Assembly: GCF_006345805.1 (NCBI RefSeq)
Contig: NC_042997.1
Location: 68,572,001 to 68,636,000 of the forward strand
Length of the DNA: 64,000 nucleotides
Direction: 5' to 3'
From: Octopus sinensis
Lineage: Eukaryota
In this document: piece after piece, positions 12,662-23,100 of the stretch
Layout: every line of letters begins with the position of its first letter
Numbering within the stretch: the stretch's first letter is position 1
The notes under the pieces: generated by a model
Seen by the model: only the letters and a program-made list of their open reading frames with translations
Database searches by the model: none
Told to the model about the DNA's origin: nothing
Position numbers and translations under genes: made by a program

Positions 12662-14288
12662 GTAAAATAATATGTGACAATTATATTATTTAATATAACC
12701 GAAGAGATGGTGTTGTGGATTTCCACCTCGGCATCCGAAACTCAGAGTATATCAAGAATTGATTCTGAACAATCAGTCTGTAAACATTGTGCTTCTATTT
12801 GTACAAAGACATTTAAAAAAAAATTATTTCTCACATCTCTGTCTTCTAAATACAACCCTGATGAAAATATACGAACGGTTTCATTAAGCCGGAACAGATT
12901 TTCGTCGAAAACCAACTCGAGTTTAAAAGAAGTTACTTATCAGAAACGATACAAACTGTATGCCCACAAGGTTGAAGTTGTTCTAACACTATTCTATGAA
13001 TCTGAACACGGATCAATTTTATTAGTTATAATTCCGAAGGATTCTTCGAATTAGTTGAGATTATCGGAAGGACATTATTATTCCAAGGAGAGCGAAACAA
13101 ACACAGTTGTCATCAAAGAACAACTAAGATCGGTAGTCACCTTGCCCTAATCACGGATAACTGGTTCCCATAACTAATCTTTCATTTTCGATTAAAAGAA
13201 AGGCTTCGAGGACTAGCTAAAGCAAAACTTGAAGTCTCGTAACACTGCTAAAATAAAGTTAGGAAAACGTGCGACCGGTTTGTTAGAATAGGTTCACTTC
13301 ATGTGAGAACTTAAGACTTTGTAAAAGTGGGGAGAGATAGCTCGGAAAAAACGAAGGCAAAGTGAATAATGTGTCGCTCATTCTGGTCGTCTAAAATTCG
13401 CAATGACAGCCACTTGTGTCTTGTGTGTAAAGATCTGTGTATCAAAATTTAAGTTATTCAGCTGTCACCAAATTCCTATCACAGCGCAGGAAACGCTCGT
13501 TTCAAAAGTGGGAGATTACCTTGAAGAAGCTTGTTGAATGTGTGTTCTTTCAACTGTATTTACCACATTTGTGCGTTTAAAGCCGTGTTTCCTATAGTAA
13601 TTTTTAACACGCTTATGTCATAACTTCATGTTTCATTATTGAATTTTAGAAAAAAAAAGGAAAAAAAACTATTATCTTACTTTTACTTTTAACAAAACTA
13701 AACAGAAAATTTTATGTATTGAAGTATTAATAATTGAAATATTAAATATTTCTTATCAAAGAATGTAAAAAGAATATCATCAATAAAACTGACAGTAAAA
13801 TTAAATTAATGCAATTATCTCTAAATGGCTTGTATTTATTTTCAATTTTAAATCTCTTCTTGTTCCATTAAGATAAATCGTTTAATGGGTATTTTTTAAA
13901 ATTTATTTCTGCCGTATTATTTCTCGTTTATACTATTACATATCCAACCTGATACTACGTAACAATTGATTTCGTTTGGCATTAGCTTCTCAATTAAACA
14001 TTTTCAGTTCATATTCGCTTTACTTTCTTTTATCATTTCTTAATCAATGACAGGAAAAGAGATTAGCTCAACCACACTATTTTGCTCTTGATGTCTTACA
14101 TGGGGAATTAATATCCTCAAAAGGCTTACGCCACGTTCACGTCTTGTGTATATATACAACCGGTATATGAATGCATAAATGCATGTTAGCTTACTTTATA
14201 TGTAATTAAAATGCATAATTTCTGACGATATAACCTATATTCTTAATTAGTTACATTTTTATTTACTAGTTAAAATGTTTTATCGAGA

Positions 14289-14370
14289 GCCCTGTTCAAT
14301 TCCGGGGCCCCTTAAGGTCCGTGTTGTTGAAAAATTACGGAACATAAGGGCCCCTGGGATTGTACAAGGC
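14289..14370. repeat. GC-rich imperfect hairpin (about 34 bp stem)
   Basis: GCCCTGTTCAATTCCGGGGCCCCTTAAGGTCCGT pairs with ACGGAACATAAGGGCCCCTGGGATTGTACAAGGC, with about 5 mismatches. Confidence 0.75.
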
Positions 14371-14877
14371 CTTTCAACAACGTATAGTGTAATATCCATT
14401 ATTAGCATTTTACCAATCATCGTAATTAATTTCAGCTAGATCAGCATTTCAAGTATTTAATTTAATCCTATTTTATTCTTTATACAGTTTTCTTATAATC
14501 TGACTTCAACAATCGAGGAGTTTAGCTGATCCAGTAAAAGTAATAAAAAGTTGTTATAATTCCAGTGTGAACACTTCATAAAACCACCATTAGTCTTGCA
14601 ACTATAATCATCATCATCATCATCACCATCCATTTGTTTGATCTCATGATCACTTGTCATAGCTCATTTCAATTAAAGATATTACAAGGTTTGCTTTCAA
14701 AATAGCCAAGCAAACAGGTTATGAGAATGGCATCCTTAATTCAGATGAATACGATTAAAGCAAAACTCTGTACTTCATTCAAAGAACAACAGCATATGCC
14801 CGCACGAAACAGATTACGGTTGTCTCTTTATTGCAAAGAAATTATTTCATGAAGTTTTAAGCAATGCTCTTTCTCCT

Positions 14878-14913
<36 letters not shown>

Positions 14914-15117
14914 GATAAATATCAGAGTGAGTTATATACAGTAGCGGTAACACATCGTGACGTATATTTGCCATCTCAATATGGCTACCCCGAAGGGTGG
15001 ATGCTACTGTAGTTTTTAGCCCCAGGAGGACACACTCCTCCAGCTGGCCATAGACACACTTCTGTGTCCTGTCAGTATTTGCAAAGGGAAGTCACCTCCC
15101 GTCTTCAACTTATGATA

Positions 15118-15162
15118 CACACGGACTCGAGTTTCGAGGTATTGACCTCTCGTCAGCGTGTG
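15118..15162 (-). ncRNA. type I hammerhead ribozyme, copy 1
   Basis: Minus strand: CACACG-CUGACGA-GAGG(UCAAUA)CCUC-GAAA-CUCGAG-UC-CGUGUG. Stem I CACACG/CGUGUG, intact core, stem II GAGG/CCUC, palindromic stem III ACUCGAGU, GUC cleavage triplet. Confidence 0.88.
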
Positions 15163-15464
15163 ACAATCATAGTTGTCGGCGAGAATTAGATTTCCTTCAC
15201 AAGTACTTATACTTTTTCCAGCGTCCACTGTCGCTGATATTGAAAAAGTGAAATCAAACAATGATAAATATCAGAGTGAGTTATATACAGTAGCGGTAAC
15301 ACATCGTGACGTATATTGCATCTCAATATGGCTACCCGAAGGGTGGATGCTACTGTAGTTTTTAGCCCCAGGAGGACACACTCCTCCAGCTGGCCATAGA
15401 CACACTTTCTGTGTCCTGTCAGTATTTGCAAAGGGAAGTCACCTCCCGTCTTCAACTTATGATA

Positions 15465-15509
15465 CACACGGACTCGAGTTTCGAGGTATTGACCTCTCGT
15501 CAGCGTGTG
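15465..15509 (-). ncRNA. type I hammerhead ribozyme, copy 2
   Basis: Identical to 15118-15162, 347 bp away. Confidence 0.88.
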
Positions 15510-15815
15510 ACAATCATAGTTGTCGGCGAGAATTAGATTTCCTTCACAAATACTTTACTTTTTCCAGCGTCCACTGTCGCTGATATTGAAAAAGTGAAAT
15601 CAAACAATGATAAATATCAGAGTGAGTTATATACAGTAGCGGTAGAGTCCGTGTGTATCATAAGTTGAAGACGGGAAGGATGACTTCCCTTTGTAAATAC
15701 TGACAGGACACAGAAAGTGTGTCTATGGCCAGCTGGAGGAGTGTGTCCTCCTGGGGCTAAAAACTACAGTAGCATCCACCCTTCGGGGTAGCCATATTGA
15801 GATGGCAAATATACG

Positions 15816-15872
<57 letters not shown>

Positions 15873-15931
15873 TTATATACACATAAATACAATTATACAC
15901 ACACACACACACACATATATATATGTATATA

Positions 15932-17010
15932 CTGGAACATCCCATAAATAATGCGTTTTTTTAAATACTTTTTGTTTTCAAAATGAAGATAAACAAACAT
16001 AACTACAGATTTCTCCCCCAACGATTTTGGATGATCATAACTTTCAGGAAAATGGATATTTTTTAATGAAATTTTCTACGAATATGTGTTATATCATGTA
16101 GATCCCAAATACGAAAACGTTTGAGAGGAAAAAGTTTTAAGAAGGGGTGGGGTCGGGAATTTCGGAAACTTCACCAGACTCCAATTCAATACGTTTTAAC
16201 TTTCAAGAAAAATGCTCTCCTTCACTTTATACAATGCTCTTCCATTTATGTGGTAGACTTGCAAGGTTCCGCTTCCAACACTCACTTTTCCGTGACGAAA
16301 AATAAACCTCCAGTACTGTTCTGACCTCGTCTACAGAGTTCATATTTTTTTCCGTCCAAATGATTTTGACAACTGCGGAATAAAATATAATCAGATGGGG
16401 CAATGACTGGCGAATATGATGGGTGAGGCATCGTTTCTCATTCAAACTACTCCAGTCTTTGGAGTGCTATCCTGTTGGAAGAACACCTTTCGTCTTGAAA
16501 GCTGGTCGTTTTTCTACTAGCGCTGACTTGAATGAGTTGTTGACGAAATCAAAGCTTTTCTGCTAGTTCCTCAACACTTACGATGGGATTTTGTTCCACC
16601 AAGGTTTGCAGGACATCCTTGTCGAGCTCTATAGATCTTCCAGGACGAGGTTCGCCTTCTCTGCTGTGGTTTCCGACTCGGAATTTCTGGAACCATCGTT
16701 GACACTATCTCACGCTTATTGTACGGCCGATCTCCGTATGTTGCATTGATATTCCTCGCGGTTTCTGTTGCGTTGTTGCCTTTATTGAACTTATAAAATA
16801 TTCCGAATATGCTCCTTTGTCACTTCCATCATAGCTTTGAAAAATAACTGTTAAAATCAAACTGCACTTTCAAAACCTGGACTAAGAATAAATACCAAGT
16901 AAAATTACTACCTGCTTTTATAGCAAGTTGATGCAGGTAGCGTATCCCGTTCCCCTCCGACTTTTAGTTCATGCAATTCCAAAAACCGTATTGTTTACGG
17001 GATGACCCAA
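15932..17010 (-). mobile_element. internally deleted mariner element
   Basis: Imperfect TIRs CTGGAACATCCCATAAATAATGCG and CGTATTGTTTACGGGATGACCCAA with TA flanks. Minus-strand C-terminal remnant VRTVLEVYFSSRKSECWKRNLASLPHKWKSIV and an EPRPGRS HTH linker near 16640. Confidence 0.85.
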
Positions 17011-17024
17011 TATATATATATTTA

Positions 17025-17058
<34 letters not shown>

Positions 17059-17255
17059 CATATATATATATACATATATATATATAAACATAGATAAACA
17101 TGGACTAGGTGCAGACATAGCTGTGTCGTAAGACGTTTGCTTCTAACCACATGATTGTAGATTCAGTCCCATCTTGGGCAAGTGTCTTCTGCTATAAACC
17201 TGGGCCGACCAAAGAATTATGAGTGGATTGGGTAAAAGGAAACTTAAAGAACTCT

Positions 17256-17287
<32 letters not shown>

Positions 17288-17672
17288 CTAGCAGCATTGC
17301 CCGGCGTTGCTCGGGTTTGTAAGGGAAATAACTATATAAGCATTTTTAGAGTTATAGCCAAAAAATAGCAAAAAATGCATTAAAAATGAAAAAAAAATGA
17401 TGGTAATTTTTTTAAAAAATCGTTGACTCATCGTAGACATTTTTAGAGAGTTACTTCCCTTATATAATAGTAAAAAAAAATGCATTAAAATGGAAAAAAA
17501 AAATTTTGAAATCGTAGACTCATCGTAGACGCGCGCTAATACCCAGAAGGGCTCGATATGAATCACGACTATAAGATACCCGGTTTTGGTTAAACGGCAC
17601 CGCAAAATGTGGGAGTAGTTAGGAATCTAAATCGTAGGAGACAGACACACAACCTCTCTTTTATATATAAAG

Positions 17673-17673
<1 letters not shown>
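17288..17673 (-). mobile_element. non-autonomous Helitron
   Basis: Minus strand begins TC and ends CTAG between host A and T, with subterminal hairpin CCCGAGCAACGCCGGG and no TSD. Near-identical to 58531-58827. Confidence 0.85.
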
Positions 17674-17714
<41 letters not shown>

Positions 17715-18250
17715 ATTAAAATCTTAGGGTAGCAAGAATATTCATTGAAAAATTCTTAGTTACCAGTGGTCTATTGACTAATTTTTTCTTTCTCGCTAGA
17801 CCACTGGTAACTAAAAAATTTTCGATGAATATTCTTGCTACCCTAAGATTTTAATTAATGATAAAACAATTTTGGGCTAATTCTGGAAGAAAATCGGCAA
17901 TTTATTTATTTAGTGCTGGTGGAGTTCCGCATCTGCGCGGTAAATTCGAAAAGTTAGAACCTATAAACACGTGGCTGATTACTGATAGCTCCATGTCTAT
18001 GGATTTAGTCTTGGCAACCTACTGAGGACACAGCGCCAGATATAGACTGAAATTATCTTATTTCAATCTGTATTTAACTCTGCAGAAACCTTGCAGGTTC
18101 TAGGATTAAGGTAAAACTTTTTATTTTTCAATCTCTTTCGGAATGACAGCAATTGGTGGCTTGGAGTTTTAACTGCTTTTTCTAGCGAGTCAGATATCCT
18201 ATTCTTCGGGTATCACTTTTGTGTTTGAACGTACACTGTATTCTTCTCTC
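17715..18250. mobile_element. microsatellite-embedded element with 59 bp terminal inversion
   Basis: Arms 17715-17773 and 17797-17855 are near-perfect reverse complements. Unique sequence continues to (TA)n at 18251. Confidence 0.7.
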
Positions 18251-18508
18251 TATATATATATTTATATATATCCTTCTGTCTTTGTTTCTACAACGGCTCG
18301 GAAAACCATAAAAATATGTTTAATACCGTCGTAACTTAGCGGCTTGGAAAAAAGAGACCGATAAAATAGGTATTAGGCTTTAAAAAAGTAAGTACGGGCG
18401 TCGACTCCTCCGACTCGTCTAACTAAAACTCTTCAAGTCTCCAGTGCTGTGACAGTAACAAGTAAAATATAAAAGATAAATGACAATAACGAAGCTCCCA
18501 TGTGCCTA

Positions 18509-18557
<49 letters not shown>

Positions 18558-19753
18558 TTGTGTGTTTGTATGTGAGTGTGTGTATGTGCGTGACTATTTA
18601 CTTGCAGAAACCTGATGACTCCTGGCCCTATAGCGCGGAGATTTCCCCCGCTCGGTGTTGTCTCTCTTTAATTTTGTAACTGCCAAACCTACTTATGCTA
18701 GAGCAATATATTATAAATCTCTATTAATTGAATGTGTTCCACTTTCTTGGCTTGTAAACATTACTGGTGATAATAAATTATTCTGCAATAAAGTCATCTC
18801 TATATTTTTCTATATATCGTGACTTATATTTGTTACCGACCTTGGAGACTTTGTGAATAAATTTCAACACTTACTTGAATATTTCGACGTGGGTTACAAA
18901 ATCTAGTATTTAACTACATTTGACGTTAGAGGTTTGAATATAAAATGTTTCAGTACCACCACTTATTAAAGTAATTTATTTGATCTGTTAACATCTTGTT
19001 TTAGTTTCGTTCACAGGCACCAATCTATTCCTATTTTAAAATAAAACCCTTATTTAGAATGCATAGATTAGCTATTCCATTTAAAAAATGATAAAGAAAC
19101 ATTATTTATAAATATGAGAATGATAAAGAAAGCATTGAGGATTATGAAGAAGGAGTAAAAGGAAAACGATGAAAAAAGAAAAAAAGAATAAGGAAAAGAT
19201 AAAAAATTAGGCGAGAAAAGATAATTTATTTTTTCATTATCGATTTTATTTAAGTCGGAAACTATTATCTAAGAATGGCAGCATCCAACAGAGTTTTCCT
19301 AATTCACTCCTTAACATATTCTCCCCACTGCTCAAACCTGATTTCATGGATGAGTGTATACAGTAAATAGGTTACTGGCTTAGTTAGAATGAATATAGTA
19401 AACGAGAGCTTTTTTATAGGTTTTCGACATGAAGGAGCTATGGCTATAAGTCTGAGTGTATATTTATAAATCAGATTTTATGTGAACACTTAGGGAAATT
19501 TTTGTTACAAGGAACAGCGTTCTATCTTTAGTGGAGTGGGCGTGGATAAATAGATGTGATGATGTTCTTACAATTTTCAATGGTATTGAAGAATAAATAC
19601 GAAATGGAAGCAATGTAGAAATAGAATACAATGTGGTTACTAGATTTTTAACAGTGCAGCGATAGACTCTACAAGGCATACATACATTTACAAGTGCCAA
19701 CACGCGTATGCAAGTATATCTGTCTGTCTGTATATAAATGTGGGTGTTAGTTG

Positions 19754-19875
<122 letters not shown>

Positions 19876-19889
19876 GAGAGAGCGTGTGC

Positions 19890-20062
19890 TGAACTCAGCA
19901 TTGGTAGATAAAGATTACATCGACGCCAGTGCTCAACTGGTTCTTGTTTTCAAAGAATGAAAGGCAAAGTCGGCCTCGGGGGAATTAGAAATCAGAACGT
20001 AGAGACGGACGAAGTGCTGCTAAACATTTTGCGGCGTGCTAACGATTCTGCCAGCTCGCTGC
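19890..20062 (-). mobile_element. family A SINE fragment
   Basis: Head and core motifs as in 1071-1470. Confidence 0.75.
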
Positions 20063-20282
20063 ACTACTACTACTACTGATGATGATGATAATGATGATGA
20101 GGATGATGATGATGATGATGATGATGGTGATAGTGATAATAGTAATGATAATAATAACATCATTTATTTAGCAATTTCATGCTTCATTCATTTATACGTA
20201 CAATAGCAGGAAAGGTGTAAGTGTACTTACAAAATCTGTGAGATGGAACAATCTTTTGCACAAAAGGAGTGGGAGTGGAAGA

Positions 20283-20665
20283 TGTTATGTAATATATAGG
20301 GAGAAATAAAATATTTTCTTTGAAAATATCCATATAATTACATAAATTATATCAAAATATATATGTATATCTGTACGACGGTTGTCACTGTGACAGATGT
20401 CATAAATAAGAAGTCGTCGAAAGGATGTTTCTATCTGGCACTGTAGGACTGGGGGTCGTACAATGTTATTATCCTCAAAAGGTTGGATCGCTATAACGTC
20501 CTCAGAGTATCACAGTATAATTACTATATCAGCACAGACACAACTCTCAACAGAGTCTAACACGTACTCTCTCGATACTGGCCGACGTCTCCTTACTTAT
20601 AGTGACTGTTTCATTCCACTCGTCATGTGAGACGGGTGCACCATTATTACTAATTCCCAACAACA
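20283..20665 (-). mobile_element. candidate 3' LTR of the Gypsy remnant
   Basis: On the minus strand a polypurine tract AAAAGGAGAGA (20666-20676) is immediately followed by TGTTG. The far end (..TAACA) could be at 20283 or 20464. No matching 5' LTR was seen. Confidence 0.4.
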
Positions 20666-23100
20666 TCTCTCCTTTTAAGGTTTTCTTTAGAAGTGTCACC
20701 TTATTTAGCAAAAACATTTTTATTCACTTTCACTCCACCACCCTTTCTTGAATTTTTATCGTACAGTTTAATACCTTTTGCACTTGGTATCTATTTTTAG
20801 GAACTCTGTATGCTTTCTTTTCCTCTCACTTGTACGCCTCGGATCAATCACCTGCAGTGGCGTTGGTACTTGGAACGTATCGTACAACCATTCCATCGGT
20901 TCCTCCAACTCCTTTGGTTTGCTTTACCCGAATCTTTTTCAGCTGGTTCCCGTGTCTCTTTTGTATGTTTTTTCTACTTTTTACTCAATACATTACTTTA
21001 AATATGCGTTTAGTAATTTCGTCCTCTTCCCAACTCTGCTTTCCATTTCTGTATCCCTCATATGCACCTTTTCACCAGCTTTAAAGAATCTTTGTAAGTC
21101 TTTCCTGACACTTTTTTCTTTTCTTGCCAAGTAGCAATTTATCAAAAACTGATTTTACTTTCCTTGCAAACATCAGCTACGCTGCTGAGCTACCTGCTGG
21201 TGTATTCGGATTTGGTATTACACGATACACTCTTAAAAATTGTTGTAGAACTACCTTATCCGTGCTTTCCTTATTTGCTTTTGTTAAAGCTCTTTTGCAG
21301 GTATCGACAAAACGTTTTGCCTGTCCATTAGATTTGGGTGGGTATGGCGCCTTAGTTATAGGTTTTACTGCGAACGCTTCACAAAGTTCTTAAAAGTCAA
21401 CAGACAAAACTGCGTACCATTGTCAGACACTATCTTGTCAGGAATACCAAATCTTGCAAACAATTCGTGCAAAAAATTTATCACAGTTGAAGAGGTTGGC
21501 GTTCACACTTGCAAATTTCAGGCAATTTTGAAATCGATGTGTAGTCTTGACCACGGAACATTTACTTTTGGCCAAGGTTCCCATTTTATATAGGGTAATT
21601 TTGCTGCCAGAGCACTTCCTCTACATTAAAGCTTTCGTCCTTGAAATACCTGGATGCCCGACCTTTATATTATTTATGTTTGGAATGTAGACTTGATAAT
21701 AGTTCATCAAACGTAAAAGCGTTTGTAACATTTTAATGTTTGTTGTGGTATGCATACTTTTTATTGCGCCCGCCCTCGACGGATCTGGTCTGCATCTATT
21801 TTTCATCAATTACTTGTCCTAAGTATTTGAGTTTTTTCATTAAAAAATAGCACTTTTCCTCTGTTAATTCGAGCCTGTATTGGCTTATTTTTTCCGAATA
21901 CTCTTTTACTATATTCGAAAGGTTGCTGCCGTGACTCACTCTTATCAAAATATCGTCCAGATAGGCGATAGCGAAATCACAGTCACTTAGCATTGCATCC
22001 ATAACTTGCTGAAATGTGTCAAGAGTCACTTTTACTCCGAAAGGAAGCTGGTTAAATTTAAATAAACCGCAGTGTGTTTATTGTCGGAAATGTACGTATC
22101 ATTCCTCTACTTGTATTTGTAGATATGCCTTCGAAAGGTCTAATTGAAAGAAGAATTTTCCCCCATTTACTTATTCAAATACTTCTTCCGGACAGGGAAT
22201 TGAACGCGACTAGACAATCGTTCAACCCTGTTGAAAAATTTACACATATTCTTAGTCTGTTATTCTTCTTTTTCACGCAAACCGTCGGTGCTGCTTAAAC
22301 TGCGTTGTCAATTTTTACGATTATACTAATACTTTCCAGTCTTTACAGTTTATTGATAACCTGTTCTATTGCCGTTAACAGTACCTTTATTTTTGGCTTA
22401 CATAAAGGTGTTTTAGGGCAACTTTCTGCTTCAGTCCGACCACATTTGGCCCTTCGACTGAGGCAACTATATTTCTGCACAAAACACTTATGGGTGCATC
22501 CCAAAAATTAAATAGTTGTATCCATTATGTGCCAAATAAATTAAGTGAATGCTTTAACACATATATCTTAGCCTCGAAATGTTACGTTACATACGCATTC
22601 ATCGATAGAATATAATATTTTTCATGCAACAGCATGTGCTACCTCTTTAGATTTAATTGATTTTGGCATACCGACATATTTCCACGTTTTTTTTTCTTTA
22701 TAATAGTCATGTCACTTCCTGTGTCGAACTTCAGTTTTACACTTGTATTTTTAATTTTCATATTTACAACTTTTCTTTTCGTTGTATTACCCTTTTATTT
22801 TTCGATGACAAATTAATTACTTTTTCTCATTATTCTAACATTTTGTCCTCTACGTTCTACAGTACGACTTTATATGTCTCATATTTACAAAATGGAAACA
22901 CTCTGCTTTCTTAAATGGTCAATTTTTCCTCAGGTGCAACCCACCACATGCAAAACATGAATTCATATCCTGGTGTTTGTCGTGTTTTATTTTTATCTCG
23001 GCATGAGGTAATATTCTTTTTTCCAAACCGGTTAAAGTTTTTCATTAAATCTGCTTTGATTTTCTCCCTGTATTACATCGTCATTTTGTTTGTGTCACTT
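20666..23100 (-). mobile_element. decayed Ty3/Gypsy LTR retrotransposon internal region (gag-PR-RT-IN)
   Basis: Minus strand: gag knuckle CFACGGLHLRKN*PFKKAECFH (~22895-22960); protease KFDTGSDMTI (~22705-22740); RT FQQVMDAMLSDCDFAIAYLDDILI (~21945-22015); integrase GHPGISR, PWSRLHIDF, RFGIPDKIVSDNGTQ, PKSNGQAKRFVDT (21290-21665). RT-before-IN order indicates Gypsy. Confidence 0.92.

Larger units (their letters stand above)
14911..15820 (-). mobile_element. hammerhead-bearing ~347 bp tandem repeat (retrozyme / PLE pseudo-LTR-like) with terminal inversion, embedded in (TA)n
   Basis: Monomers start at 14911, 15260 and 15606 (partial). 15645-15820 is an inverted copy of roughly 14957-15128. (TA)n tracts lie on both sides. 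Confidence 0.85.
17108..18478 (+). mobile_element. family B CORE-like SINE split by nested insertions
   Basis: Head 17108-17258 (..CTTGGGCAAGTGTCTTCTGCTATA..GGGCCGACCAAAG) and tail ~18270-18478 (CGTAACTTAGCGG..GAGACCGATAAAATAGGTA), separated by a Helitron and a foldback element. Confidence 0.7.

Noticed and set aside
12880-13530. Possible ancient Gypsy RNase H/integrase relic (LITD, YHSAGNA)
   Set aside because: Motifs are too short and degenerate to support by eye.
14911-15644. CRISPR-like or satellite array
   Set aside because: There are no unique spacers, only about 2 monomers, and the context is eukaryotic.
18015-18060. CTGAGGA..GAAA hammerhead candidate in the foldback element
   Set aside because: No convincing stem I or stem II pairing.
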